This document shows positions 24,511 through 39,322 of a DNA stretch of 64,000 bases, in pieces. The notes beneath the pieces are model-generated. The model had not been told where the DNA came from. It saw only the letters and a program-made list of their open reading frames with translations, and searched no databases. The position numbers and the translations under genes are program-made. Where the stretch lies: the NCBI GenBank assembly GCA_043228905.1, contig JBHGNT010000004.1, positions 12,834,001 to 12,898,000 on the forward strand, given 5' to 3'. Positions within the stretch are counted from its first letter, which is position 1, and each line of letters begins with the position of its first letter. The DNA comes from Azolla caroliniana (Eukaryota; Plantae; Polypodiophyta).

Positions 24511-26370
24511 TGTTGAACAGACAAGCTCAACCGGATCCAGATTGGCTAAATAAGCTAGAGCCAGATTGGTGTCTAAAGTGAAGAACCGGATCAGTGTCCG
24601 GATCGGTATCCGGAACCAGGAGCCGGATCAGAGACATGGACTGAATTGTAACCGGTAGGCCATTAGATGCCTATGAATTTAGCCTAGTACGTAGGCATAT
24701 TTTTGGGAGTTAGTGTCAATCGCTTGTATGAGCATTGAAGTACTTGTCAATACTTTTGTTAGTCCTTTATAAGGACTTGTAAAAAGTGCTTACTGAGCAC
24801 ATTGTATGTACAGAGTGTTATTATTTTGAATTGAGCTTATGCTTTCTGCTCTCTGTGTGTCTCATGTGTATTCTTTGTTCTTAAGCTTCCATTAAACCTT
24901 CTTCTTTTGTTTTATTGTTGTAATATGGCTAAGCCAGTTTGTTTACAATCTTGCGCACGCTATTCTCTACATGGTATCAGAGCGAGAGGGTTGAGAACCT
25001 CTGCGGTCAAAAACTACTCGAAATAGACAAACCCTAACTTCCGGAAAAGGACAAACGGAAGAGAAAAGAAATGGATAGAAGCATGGCGAACTCGCTTCCT
25101 ACAGAAATGCTCGACCAGAGCAACTATGCATCTTGGTCATATAAAATGCACGAGTACTTGTTGGGGCATGGATATTGGAGCTACGTGGAAGGAGCGAATG
25201 AAGCAACGTCGGATTCAGCGCACAAGGACTTCTCGGTATAGGAGAAAGGAGCGAGCATGGTGTTATATTGCCTCACGTCCTGTGTGCACGACCAGATGCT
25301 TGGCTACATCAGAGATGCAAAATCACCGAAGGAGGCCTGGGAAAATCTTCGGAAGGTTTTCGCCATAAGTACCACGACTCGGAAGTTGCAGCTTCGACAA
25401 GAGCTCAACAATATCCGGCAACGGGACATGTCGGTCACCGATTACACCACCAAGATCAAGGAAATCTGCGACGTGCTCAGGCTATCAACGTGGCGGTGGA
25501 TGAAGACGAGATGGTCCAAATCTGCCTCAGTTGTCTAGCACACCGGTACAGGCCAATCCAGACGGCAATTTGCACCCAAGAGAAGCCATCATCCTTCTTC
25601 GACTTGCAATCGATGCTCATGGTTTAAGAAAACCACGCGAGTGGGTCCAAAACTAGTCAATCGAACAACCGGATGTTGTACACGGAGGCGGATCGGCCCC
25701 GTGGTGAGTCGGCACGCAATAGCGGCGGTTGGCAAGAGCAAAATAGGAGGCACAAAGATAGTGCTGACAGCAGTTCCAAACCCTCCACAAGCAGTTGGGA
25801 AAACCGGAAAATGAAGGCCGACTCAAAATGTTGGTATTGTGACCGAAAGGGCCACAGCGAGAGCGAGTGCTGGAAGAAGTGCGCTGATTCGGATAAATCC
25901 AGATCTGGCAAGACCGCACAAGGGAACCTGCAAAGCTCGTACTACGTTGAAGGATCGAAAGGATCCGGAATCGGAAATACTAGACAAGGGTCAGCCTTCG
26001 TGATGAAGCACAAGGCAAACTCAATGAAGAAGACCACTTCCGGATCGGAGGAAGTATGGTACATTGGCTCTAGAGCATCTAACCACATGATGAGCCACGA
26101 AGAGTGGTTCTCGTTTTTGGAAAAGCTGGAGCAACCGAGAGTTGTCGAAATCGGAGACGACACTCCTCACTCGATTGTGCATGTCAGAGAAGTCCCTTTA
26201 AGCCATGTCCGAAAAACGGGAAAGGTGATGAACATACTACATGTTTCAACAATCACAAAGAACCTAGTGTCGGTCGGGCAGATCGTTGATCATTGGATGT
26301 AGGTGCAATTTACGCACCTCGGGTGCTTCATTGAGGAAGAGGGCTAGATTATTGTGCAAGGGTGCCCAAG
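24511..26370 (+). mobile_element. MDRG-family copia 5' part (LTR 24511-24971, PBS, gag-PR), degenerate
   Basis: TGTTGAAC...CTACA, TGGTATCAGAGC 24972-24983, CWYCDRKGHSESEC, WYIGSRASNHM. Confidence 0.9.
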
Positions 26371-28437
26371 AAAGCACGTCACGTCTTTACCCCTCTAGAC
26401 ATATGAGATGTGATTTGAGATCCGATAACTATGGTAACACTATGGTGTTTTAAAAACCATGGGGGAAAACATAGCTAAGATGTCTTTCTCGGATCTCTAT
26501 CTTGGATAATCATGACGGCTCCCCGAGGCTCGACCATGGTTCTAACATCAACGTAGTTTCCTAGTTAGCCTTATATTAGAATGTCAACCCAACATGTATT
26601 GATATGGTCGAGAAAGTGTATTACGTGAAAAAACAAGTGCACGCGCAAGTAATATTCTAGTCTTGCTAGTAACAAGCAAATGTTATGACAAAAACGATAA
26701 AATAAGGCACTACCCATAACAATCAAGCAGTGACGAGAACAAAGGTCAAAAAACCTATGTGTTACCTACTTAAAATAAAAATGTCACAAATAAATGGATG
26801 GTGCGAGGTATGCACATATACATCCCAATATGGTGGTTGAAATTTGCACAATTGTGACATAAGCCACAAATTGATACAAATGGTGGTGGTATTGTGCGCA
26901 AAGATGTAGTACTCAAATTTATGAGTAAAACATCAATAGGGGAACTCATATGATTTCACTTGTGTTCTAAGGCTCAATCATATGAGTTAAACCTAGATGA
27001 GCCGTTGGAAAAAATCGTTCAAAAAACGGCATGATGCCCACTCAATATTAAAAAATAGTCTACATGAATCGTTACACCATTAAACGTATGTAAATAGTGT
27101 AGATGAACTTAAAATAGGGGCACGAAAGAGAGTTAATTGTGGGTGGGTAAATGACAATTACTAGAAAATCATACAAAAGTGAAACGAAAATTTATGTAAT
27201 TAGAAATGAATTAGAATAATAATCAATTAGGTGTATGAATCATTAAGCATGCCTTAAGGTATGAAACCCTAAGGTAGTCAACATGCACCTCCTCAAGACC
27301 ACCACATCTCCCTAGAATCGGCCAATTGATGGCTCAATAAAGAGTAAAGTGGCATAGGTAAGTGACATATACCTCGTTAAGGCCACAACATCCCATAGAA
27401 TCGGCCAAGTGATGGCTCAATTAAGAGTAGAGTGGCATAGGTAGGCGACATACACCTCATCATGCCCACAACATCTCATAGACTTGGCCAAGTGACGGCT
27501 CAATAGAGGGAAGAGTGCCATACTCAACATCATATGCAAAAAGGGCCATGAGGTGAGCGTGTGCGATTAGGGCAAACAGGCTCGACCCGATGCACAAGAA
27601 TAATTAATATCGTAAGAGAAGGCTCAAGAGAGAGGAGAGTGGGAGATACATCGCAATATGCAAAAGGCCATGAGTTGAGCGTGTGCGATTAGTGCAAACA
27701 CGCTCGGCCCGATGCACAATAATAATTAAAATCGTATCGTGATAGAAAGAAGAAAGAAAAGAAAAGAAAACATAATACAAATTTGATTCGACCATAGAGA
27801 ATGCATCATAGAAAGAAGAGAGAGATCGAGAAAGAAGAATACCGGGTTAAGAATGTTGTTTTGATCCTGTGAAGAGCATGACGAGCCTTGTTAGATCCAC
27901 ATCGCTCACACGCAAAAAACATCAAAACAACAAAAAAAATTGTTAGTAAATGCTCAGATACCACTGTTAAGAGTCTATTACTAATCAATAGACCAAACTA
28001 AAGCAAAAGAAGGAAAATAGAATGGATAGAAGAACCCATTCCACCCGACCACCCCCGAGCTATGATCTAGACATAGCCAACCTACCACCGACGTCCCATA
28101 CCGCCAGATATTAGGATGACTAATACCTTGGAAGAGATAAACACGATCGTTGAGACGAAAGCCTAGCCCGCACCACCGGTGTCTAAGACAGCAGCCTTCC
28201 GACGTAATGTCCTTATGAGGGTAGCTAAGCCTCATATTTATACCTTTTCCTAGGCCCCTTGAATTGATGGGCCTTTCTAAAAGGCTCTCCATTCATTGGT
28301 TGTCCAAATCATGATAGTGCATGCACCTATCATTCCTTCTATCCAATCATTAGTCCTCTTTTTAACATTAGTGAACATACCCTTCACTAATGTAAATATT
28401 GGTGACCTACCCTCACGAACATTATGTGTACATAACA
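26371..28437 (-). mobile_element. Truncated LTR element: 5' LTR 27965-28437, PBS 27952-27963, non-coding leader with tandem repeats
   Basis: Minus PBS TGGTATCTGAGC; ~75-bp unit x3 at 27280-27520; ~120-bp unit x2 at 27530-27730. Confidence 0.7.
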
Positions 28438-30293
28438 TTTCCAGACTGCCGAAGTTCAGTAGCCAGAAAGGCCACATATGTGAAGCTTCCCAACTTGGGA
28501 AGCAACATAGGATTCTGTTCCCCAATGAGAAGAATTGGAGCCAGAATCAGCTCAATCTCATCCATTCGGATATGTGGGGATTGGCACAAAGCGTGAGCAT
28601 CGGTGGGAGTCGGTATTTCGTCTCCTTCATCGACAATTTCAGTCGACCCTCTTGGATCTATTTGATCGAGAAGAAGAGCGAAGTCTTCTCTTGCTTCCGA
28701 GACCTAAAGAATCATGTAGAATGAGAAACTAGAAGGAAAGATTAAGTGTCAGAGATCGGATGGCGAAAAAGAGTACTTTTCCGGCTAGTTCACTAATTAT
28801 TTGTAGACCAAGGGAATTCGTCGAGAGTTCTCCTGTAGATACATGCCGGACCAGAACAGCGTGGCCGAATGTCAAAATCGGACGTTGGTAGAAGCGGCTA
28901 GGGCAATGCTGGAGGAGAAGAGCTTGCCCAAGGACAAAGGTGTCGCCGCACAAACTGTATTTCGAGCAGAAGCCAAATTTAGCGCACTTTCGGGTATTCA
29001 GCAGCACTGCGTATGTGCATGTGACAGATGAAAGTGGAAGAAACTGGATGCAAAATCCAAGAAGTGCATCTTGGTTGGCTACTCCAAGAAGCAGAAGGGG
29101 TATAAGTGCTTCAACCCCCGTTCGAAGCAAGTCTGAGTAAGCCATGATGTCATCTTCGACAAATCAGGATCTTGGTACCTTGCATCATCCGAATTTGAGC
29201 CTATTGCTGCGGATGGGGCGACAGATTCCAGCATAGAGGGAAGTGTTGTGGAATCTGAATGATTGGATAGTCCGACTTCCCTCCAGATCAATGGACTGAA
29301 TCCGGATTGGTTGAGCCAGAGCGGTTAACTAGATGACGAGCCGGCGAGTAGCGAAGACTCGGTCGTGCTCTCCCCGTGCAAGGAATCAAGGAGACGGTTC
29401 ACACGCAAAGAGAAAGGGAAGAAGAAGATGTCGGAATATGACACCGGCAGGCAAGAGTCGAATCAGAGCAAGAAGACGAACCTTCGGAGAAGAGGTCAGA
29501 GTCGGCCAAGAGGGCCATCAAATCGGTAGAGCAGAAACTACGCTGATCTACCCGCCAGAAGCACCCCGTAGTTTGGTACGGATATAACGAGTATATGGGG
29601 CATCATTATGTGTACATGGCGAAGGTGGCAATTGTGCGTGAGCCGGAGAGCTACGTAGAAGCAACTAAGGATACGAATTGATAGAAGGCCATGGAGGAAG
29701 AGATGCATGCACTCACGGATAATGAGACGTGGAACTTGGTGGACGTACTGAAAGGAGTGAAGCCGATCGGTTGCTGGTGGGTATACAAATTCAAATACAA
29801 CATCGATGGCTCCGTCAACCGGTACAAGCCCCGATTAGTGGCAAAGGGCTACGCACAACAGCACGACATCGACTATGATAAGACGTTCATGTTGGTCGCA
29901 AACATGACGACCGTTCATGTCTTGCCTGTGGTGGCTACGGCGAAGGGGTGGCATCTACATCAAATGGATGTAAAAAATGCGTTCCTACAAGGTGATCTTG
30001 AGGAACAAGTATACATGGTTCATCCTGTTACCCGTAAGAATATAAGGGGAGGCATAAGGGTATGTGTAATGATGTGGTTGATGTGTATGTGTAAAGTAAA
30101 TGAGTGTGTGAGAATGAGTATGTGTGAGCACATGCACAATTATGTGCATGTGACAAGAGTGTAATAGTCATTATTTACCGTTAATTATGTATTATATAAA
30201 CCCCTTATGGGACATCTAATGGATAGACATTTTCCCCCCTCTCATTTGATGTCATTTTTATTTGCCTTTCTCTCTAGCTCTCTCTTTAACTTT

Positions 30294-33200
30294 TGTTGAG
30301 CGAGCAAGCTCAACTGGATCCGGATCGGCATCCAGAAGGATGAGCCGGAATCGATATCCGGATGGTATCCGAAAACAACCAGCCGGATCGGGGAGCCGAA
30401 TCGGAGAGCCGGATTCGAGTGGGAACCGGAAGCCTAGTAGTAGCCTAGACTACTAGGTAATCATTGTCTCGTAGTTAGTGTCAGTCGCATATGTGAAGAA
30501 TTAAAGTACCTGTCAGTACTTCTGTCAGTCCTTTATGCACTTATATAAATAGTGTTGTTTAGCACATTGTATGCACAGAGTTTTAGAGTTAATTTTTGAA
30601 TATAGTTTTATGTTCTGCTCTCTTTGTCTCCTCTGTTTTTTAAGCTTTTCCATTAAACCTTCATCTCATTTTTTGTTGCTATCCGACTGAACCGGTTTTG
30701 TCTGACACTTCCGCACATTAACATTCACATGGTACTAGAGCGCGAGGGTTGAGAACCTCTGCAGCCGACATTTGCTTCCGTAGACAAACCCTAGAACCCG
30801 GTAACAACAAATAGAGAGAAGATATGGAAAGAGGAATGGCGAGTTCACTTCCAACCGAGAAGCTCGATCGGAGCCACTTTGCATCCGGGGTCATATAAAA
30901 TGCACCTATACCTGCTGGGGCATGGATATTGGAACTTCGTGGAAGGAACAAATGAAGTAGCACCGGAGCCGTCACACGAAGAATTTCCGGTATGGGAGCA
31001 AGCAGCGAGTTGGGTACTGTACTATCTCGCATCTGGTGTGCATGATCAAATGCTCAGCGACATCAAATATGCAAAGACGTCGAAGGAGGCCTGGGAAAAT
31101 CTACAGAAGCTTTTCGCCGCAAGTACCACAGCTTGTAAGTTGCAGCTCCGGCGAGAGCTGAAAAACATCCGGCAAAGAGACATGTCAATTATGGACTACA
31201 CCACCAAGATAAAGGAGATCTGCGACGCACTCGGGTCCATCAACGTGACAGTGGACAAAGATGAGATGGTACAAATCTGCCTCGGTGGTCTAGCGCAAAG
31301 GTACGGGCCAATCCGGACAACGATCTGCACCCAAGAGAAACCACTGTCCTTCTTCGACTTGCAATCGATGCTGATGGTCGAAGAAAACCACGCGAGTGGG
31401 TCAAGGACCACTCAATCGGATGGCCGGATGTTGTACACAGAGACAGATCGACCCCATGACGTGGTGGACGAGGTGGGTCGGCACGCAATGGAGGTGGCCG
31501 ACAAGAGCAAGACTGGAGGCACAGAGGTTGTGCCGACAGCAGTTCCGGACCCTCCACAAGTAGGGGGAGTCAAAGCGGCGTCGGGAACCGGCAAGGAAAG
31601 GCCGACACGGAATGCTAGTACTGTGGCAAAAAGGGCCACCAGGAAAGCGAGTGCTAGAAGAAGCGCGCCGATTCGGACAAATTCGGATCTGGCAAAACCG
31701 GTTGAGAGATCCGGCAAAGCTCGCACTTCGCGGAAGGATCGGAAGGATCCGGAACCGGGAAAACCGGTAAAGGGGCCAGCCTTCGTGATGAAGCACAAGG
31801 CTAACTCGATGAAGAAGACTACTTCTGGATCGGAGGAAGTATGGTACGTTGATTCCAGAGTGTCCAACCACATGACGAGCCATGAAGAGTGGTTCTCTTT
31901 TTTGGAGAAACTGGAACAACAGGGGATTGACGAAACCGGAGACGACACCCCTCACCCGATTGTGCATGTCGGAGAAGTCCCTTTAAGCCATGTCGGACAA
32001 AAGGGGAAGTTGATGAACATACTACACATTTTGACTATCACAAAGAACCTGGTGTCAATTGGGCAAATCGTTGACCAGGAGATGCAGGTGCGGTTTACAC
32101 ACCTAGGGTGCTTCATCGAGAAAGAGGGCCGGATAATTGCGCAAGGGCGTAGACACGGGAGGATGTTCATCCTCAACACTAATGATGTCGGCACCGCTAT
32201 CTTTGCGAAAGGGTAGAAGGTCGAATCGGACATCGACCTATGGCACAAGCTAATCGGCCACGTCACTATCGGAGGCTTCAAGACTTGCAATCGAAACAAG
32301 TCATTTTCAGTTTGCCGAAATTTAGCAACCGAAAGGCTGAAATTTGTGAAGCCTGCCAACTCGGGAAGCAACACCAGCTTCCATTCCCAACCGATCGAAA
32401 CTGGAGCCATAACAAGCTCGATTTAATCCATTTGGATGTATGGGGACCAGCACAAAACATTAGTCTTGGCGGGAGTCGGTATTTTGTCTCCTTCATCGAC
32501 GACTACAATCGGCACACGTGGATCTACCTCATCGAGAGGAAGAGCGAAGTCTTCGAGTGTTTTCGGAACCTTCAAAACTTGGTTGAATGGGAAACGGAGA
32601 GGAAGATCAAGTGCCTACGGTCGGATGGCGGGAAAGAATACATTTCCAGCCAATTCAACAGTTATCTACAACAGAACGGAATTCGGAGAGAATTCAGCTG
32701 TAGGTACACACCGGAGCAAAACGGTGTGGCCGAAAGGAAGAACCGGTCGATTGTCGACGCGCAAGGGCAATGTTGGAGGAGCAGAGCATGCCCCATTTCT
32801 ACTAGGTCGAGGCGGTCCGGACGGCCATCTATATCCAAAACCGGATTAGTGACAAGGTGTCAGCACATGAGCTGTATTTTGGGCAAAAACCGAATTTGAG
32901 ACACCTTCGGATATTTGGTAACATAGCATATGTGCATGTACCGAATGAGAAGTGGAGGAAGCTGGATCCGAAGTCGGAGAAGTGCATTCTAGTCGATTAC
33001 TCGCATAACCAAAAGGGGTATAAGTGTTATAACCCCCGGACTAAGCAGGTTCGAGTAAGTCAAGATGTCGAGTTTGATTAGACGGCATCATGGTACTCCT
33101 TACCAACTCCAACTCCCGACGAAGACCCGATTCCGGAAGATGAGGCTAGTGAGCCCGAGGAGGTCTACGTAGAAGATGAAGATCTCGGCACTCTAGAAGA

Positions 33201-36200
33201 GAGTCTGATCTCATTCCGACTAAGTGGACCGAATGAGCGGCTGAGTCGGGATGACCAGCCGGAGAGAAAGAAAGAACCAACAAAGGGGGAGACAAGAGGA
33301 AAAAGTAAGCCAAGCCGAGCGAAGGAGTCGGCACATCCGAAAAGGTCGGAACAAGTGGCAATGGACGCAGAGTCAAGAAGGATAGAGCCGACCGGAAGAA
33401 AATGGCCAAGACCCAGGCGTGGTCCGATGTGGTGAAGGGCCTGAAACTGAAAGACGAGTTGGAGAACACCGACTCGGACAAGGGCTTAAAAAAATCAAAG
33501 GAAACCGATTTGATTCAAGATTCAGAGAGGCCAGATCAACTAAAGGCCAAGCGGACACGGACGCAGCGGAAGTCGACGCCAACACGAAGGAACCGACGGG
33601 TCGACAAGCACCAGATTCACAACAGTGAGGGAGCTTGTAAAAAGTAACATGCGGAAGAAAGTATGAAGACCGAACAGAAGGAAGAAAACTCAGGTTTAAT
33701 GGAGAGCTTGAGCTTACGCAGTATACGCGGGAGAGACCAAGAGAGTGAAAACACAAACAAAAATATATTCAAGAACTATTCACCATTCTATACATGTGTG
33801 TGTTCAATGAACACTTTGTACAAGTCCTAGAAGGACTGACCGAAGTACCGACAGTACTTCAATGCTCATTAAGAGCTCCAACACTCACTCCCAAATATAT
33901 TCCTCACGGAATATCTTTCCTAACGGCCTCCCCGTTTATGCACCGCTCTGGCCCTACCTACGCACCGGTCTGCGTGCCGGTTTACGCATTCGGCCTAACC
34001 GATCCGGTCCTCGGCTTCTTCAGTCAATCCGGACGATGTTGAGCTTGTCTCTCAACACTCCCCCTCAAGCTCAACTTGAGGCTCTTCGGGATCTTCGGGC
34101 TCACAGCTCCGGTTCCTCCTGGCTTCACGCCTCGCTCGCGCTCCACGACCTATTCGACTCCGCGCGCTTCGACCCTTCCGGTCGGCTTGTCTGCTCATGT
34201 GGCCCTTATCAGCTCTTCTGTTGTTGCGATGTTGACGCTTCTCCTGCTGCCTTTTCCTCCGCTTGGGCCTCGGTTGATTCAGTGTATCTGAATCAAACAT
34301 CCGAACTGACTCGGTTGCCTCCGATCGGTTTTCTCTCTCATCCGAGTTGGCTGTCTCCAACTTGTCTTCGGTCTTCTCGCCCTCGATGGCGTCATCTTCC
34401 CCATGCGTGGTTGGCTTCGGCTCTCTCCTTCAGCTGCTCCCCTTCTGTCCGCTTCCGGACTTTTCCGCGGGTCCGCCCTCGGCTTCTTCAGCCGATCCAA
34501 AGTCGAACTCGACAACCGAGTCAACCGACTCGGTGTCGCGGTCTCCGCTCCTTTCCTGCTACCTTGCCTGGTTGTTTGGGACTGTTCTCCCCCTCAAGTT
34601 TGGCACGTCGAGGTGACGCAATCCGAGCGCACCCGAGAATTGCCGCAACTTGTCCAGACCAAGAGGCTTGGTGAAGATGTCGGCAGTCTGCCGATCCGTC
34701 GAAACGTACTGAAGTTTGACTTCACCGGAAAGGACACGCTCGCGGACGAAATGGTAGTGCACCTCAATGTGCTTGGTCCGTGCATGGAAAACGGGGTTTT
34801 TCGCGAGCTGGATGCTGCTTAGGTTGTCGCAGTAGATTGTCGTCGGATCTGACACCTCCTCTTGCAGGTCCTTAAGTAGCCGCTTCAACCATATGGCTTC
34901 GCATGTCACGACAGCCGCTCCTCGGTACTCAGCATCGGTGCTCGACAGTGCAACTGTCGGCTGCTTCTTCTGCTCCACGCGATCGCGGCACTCCCGAGGG
35001 AGAACACGTATCCGGACGTGGATCGGCGATCGGCGGCGTTGCCAGCCCAATCAGCATCGGTGTAGCCGACTAACTGCGTGGCTGCACCGGTCCAATATAA
35101 CAGTCCCCGGTCCTTAGTGTCGTTGACATACCGAAGTATGCGTTGCGCACACTGAAGGTGCTCCTTGGTAGGTCGCGCCATGAACTGACTCATCACTCCA
35201 ACCGGATAACTGAGGTCGGGTCAGGTGATGGTCAAGTATATGAGGCTTCCGACAATTTGTTGGAACCTCGTCGGGTCGCATACCTTTCCCGTATCGGGAC
35301 GAAGCTTGACGGTTCTGTCCAGAGGAGTCGAGACGGACTTACAGTCGGCCATCCCGAATTTGAAGAGCATACTCAGCACGTAATGACGTTGGCTGATCAA
35401 TATGCCTTCGGGGGTACGGATCACTTCGATCCCGAGGAAGTAATGAAGGTCCCCCAGATCCTTCATGTCGAACGATGCCGCAAGCTGGAGCTTCACGCGG
35501 TCGATTTCACCTAGGTCGGCGCCGGTGATGACCAAGTCATCAACATATAGTAAAATACTAACCGGTCTGAGTCGACCTTTCCGGATGAACAGGGAAGAGT
35601 CCGATTTTGACGTGACGAAGCCCATCCGACGCAGTTGTTGCATGATCTTCGCGTTCCAGGCACGCGGGGCTTGCTTCAGTCCGTAAAGGGACTTCTTCAG
35701 TCAGTATCCTGCCGAGGAGTTCATTCCAAGGTGAAATCCAGGGGGCTGTACCATATACACCTGTTCCTCAAGGTCACCTTGTAGGAACGCATTCTTTACA
35801 TCCATCTGATGTAAGTGCAACCCCTTCACCGCAGCTACTGCGAGCAAAACACGGACGGTCATCATTTTCGCGACCGGCGCAAACGTCTCATCGTAGTCAA
35901 TGTCGTGTTTCTGCGCATAGCCCTTTGCCTTTGCCACTAGCCAAGCCTTGTACCGGTTGACCGAGACATCGGTGTTGTACTTGACTTTGTACACCCACCT
36001 ACACCCGATCGGTTTTACCCCTCTTGGTGCGTCAACTAGGTCCCAAGTCTCGTTCTCTGCCAATGCGTGCATCTCTTCCTCCATCGCGGCACGCCAATTT
36101 GCGTCTTTAGCCGCTTTTGCGTAGCTCTCCGGCTCACGCACTTCCGCTACACGGGTCATGTACGGATAATGATGCACCATGTACTCGTTGTATCCGAACC

Positions 36201-39195
36201 GCAAAACAGGATTCTTCTGGCGGGTAGATCGGCATAATCTCACATTAGCCGATGTCGAGGCCTTCTCGGTCGACGTGGACTTCACCTTTAAAGACCCATC
36301 ACCGATTCCCTCGGAGTCGGACTCGCGTCGGTCTGACTCGTACCTATCCGTGCCGGAATCCGACACCTTTTTCTTCCCTTTCTCTTTGCGCGTAAGCCGT
36401 CTCCTCGGCTTCCTGCACTGGGAATGCACGGCCGAGTCTCCACTACTCGCCGGCTCTTCATCGGACTGATCGTACCGACTCAGTCGTCCAATCGGTCCAC
36501 TTAAACGGAGTTAAATCGGACTCTCTTCGCGGGTCTCGATTTCGGGCTCATCCGGAGGCATCTCGGCCTCGCTGACCTCATCGTCAGAGCTCAGATTGGA
36601 GTCGGGGGCTGGTACCAGGACGCGGACTCGTCAAACACAACATCGCGGCTAACACGCGCTTGTTTGGTGCGAGGGTTATAGCACTTATAACCCTTCTGCT
36701 CGTCCGAGTAACCGACCAAGATGCATTTCTCGGCCTTTGCGTCCAGCTTCCTCCTTTTCTCCTTTGGTACATGCACATACGCAATGCTACCGAACACCCT
36801 CAAGTGTCGCAAGTTCGGCTTCATTCCGAAATATAGCTCGTGCGCCGACACCTTGTCTCCGATCCGGTTCTGGATGTATACCGCGGTCCTTACCGCCTCG
36901 GCCCAATAGAACTTGGGCAAGCTCTTCTCCTCCAGCATTGCATGTGCCGCTTCCACAACTGACCGATTCTTCCTCTCGGCCACTCCTTATGGCTCGTCAT
37001 GTGGTTTGACGCGCCGGAGTCTACATACCACACCTCGTCCGATCTCGGGGTGGTCCGTTTCATTGAGTTCGCTTCATGTCTCGTCACGAAGGCAGACCCT
37101 TCTCCGGCTCTCCCGGAGTCTTCGGCGTAGTGCGATCGCTCCCGATTTCCCTTGTCGGTATTTCCAGAGCCGTTTCCGGAACCGGTTCTCTCCGAATCGG
37201 CGCGCTTCTTCCAGCACTCACTTTCCCTGTGGCCTTTCTTGCCACAGTACCAGCACTCCGCGATGGCCTTCCCTTGCTGGTTCTCATCGCTTCGACTCCC
37301 CCTGTTTCCGGAGGGTCCGGAGTTGCTGTCGGCGTCTCTTCGGTGCCTTCTTCCTTGATCTCGTCGGCCGCCTCCATTGCGCGCCGACTCGCCTCGTCCT
37401 CCACGTCCACGGGGCCTATCTCCCTCCGTGTACAACATTCTGATGTCGGTGTGCATGCTTGTAGATGCACCCGCGTGGTTCTCCTCTACCAGGAGCATTG
37501 ATTGTAAGTCGAAAAAGGACAGCGTATTCTCCCGGGTACACACAGTCGTTCGGAACTCTCCGAACTTCGACGCCAAACCTCCGAGACAGATCTGGACCAT
37601 CTCGCTCTCCTCGATGTTCACCTCTATGGAGGCGAGGGAGTCACAGATATCCTTGATCTTCGAGGTATAGTCCGCCACCAACAAGTCGCGTTGTCGTAGG
37701 TTGCTCAACTCTTGTCGGAGCTGAAGCTTCCTGGCTGTGGTGCTCGCGGCGAAAATCTTCTTCAGATTTTCCCACGCACCCTTCGGCGTCTTTGCATCCC
37801 GAACATAGCTCAATAGTTGTTCGCCCACACACGACGCAAAGCAGTATAATACCCTGCTCACCGATTGCTCCCTCGACGGGAAGTCTCTATGTGTCAATTC
37901 GGGTGCCGCGTCATTAGCTCCTTCGACATAACTCCAGTAGCCGTGCCCGAGCAGGTACTGGTGCATCTTGTAGGACCAAGACGCGTAGTTGGTTCTGTCG
38001 AGCTTCTCTGTTGGAAGCGAGCTCGCCATGCCTCTATCCATCGTTCTTCTTGTTTTTCTTCGTCAAGTTGTGTCGGCTGCAGAGAGGTTCTCAACCCTCG
38101 CGCTCTGATACCATGTAAAAAGTAACGTGCGGAAGCAAGTATGAAGACCGCATAGAAAGAAGAAAACTCAGGTTTAATGGAGAGCTTGAGCTTACGCAGT
38201 ATACACGGGAGAGACAGAGAGAGTGAAAACACACACAAAAATATATTCAAGAACTATTCACCATTCTATACATGTGTGTGTTCAATGAACACTTTGTACA
38301 AGTCCTAGAAGGACTGACCGAAGTACTGACAGTACTTCAATGCTCATTAAGAGCTCCTACACTCACTCCCAAATATATTCCTCACGGAATATCTTTCCTA
38401 ACGGCCTCCCGGTTTACGCACCGATCCGGCCCTACCTACGCACCGGTCTGCGTACCGGTTTACGCATTCGGCCTAACCAATCGATCCCAACCGATCCGGT
38501 CCTCGGCTTCTTCAGTCGATCCGGTCGATGTTGAGCTTGTCTCTCAACAGAGCTTAAATGGGCTATTGAGCAGACAAGCCGATCGAGGAGGTCGAGGTGC
38601 GCAGAACCAGAAGGGTTGCGGCAAACAAGACCGGACCGAACAAGGAACGCGAGCGAGGCGGAGCAACGCTAGAAGGGGCCGAGTAGAAGAACTGGTTGCC
38701 ACGACCACTAACATCACGATCCGACCTCAAGTTGAGCTTGAGGGAGAGTGTTGAGCGAGCAAGCTCAACCGGATCCGGATCGGCTTAATAAGCCTGAGCC
38801 AGATCGACATCCAAAAGGATGAGCCAGATCAATATCCGGAAACAACCAGCCGGATCGAGGAGCCGGATTAAAGAGCCGGATTTGAGCGAGAACTAGAAGC
38901 CTAGTAGTAGCCTAGACTACTAGGTAATCATTGTCTCACAGTTAGTGTCAGTCGCACGTGTGAAGCATTAAAGTACCTGTGAATACTTCTGTCAATCCTT
39001 TATGGACTTGTATAAATAGTGTTGTTTAGCACGTTGTATGCACATAGTTTTAGAGTTAATTTTTTAATATAGTTTTATGTTCCGCTCTCTCTGTCTCCTC
39101 TATTTTAAAGCTTTTCCATTAAACCTTCATCTCATTTTCTGTTGCTATCCGGTTGAACCGGTTCTATCTGACACTTCCGCACATTAACATTCACA
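30294..39195 (+). mobile_element. MDRG-family copia lacking RT-RH, inserted in the left LTR of element A
   Basis: LTRs 30294-30729 and 38749-39195; PBS TGGTACTAGAGC; gag-PR-IN motifs, then a jump at ~33260 to the 3' region. Confidence 0.9.
33636..38549 (-). mobile_element. MDRG-family copia with a PR-IN internal deletion, nested
   Basis: TSD GAGCT; LTRs 33636-34057 and 38114-38549; PBS 38102-38113; ASNHMTSHKEW joined to AERKNR at ~36985; RT YVDD and RH present. Confidence 0.93.
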
Positions 39196-39284
39196 AGCTT
39201 AACCCCCTTGGGCACCCCCCACCCCAACAACACTTTTGGCACGCTTGAACGGCCAACCCTCCCTTGAGAAGAAGTCATTCATAG

Positions 39285-39322
<38 letters not shown>

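Noticed and set aside
33862-34674. 270-aa antisense ORF over the copia 3' region and LTR
   Set aside because: Not preserved as one frame in sibling copies; probably a shadow ORF
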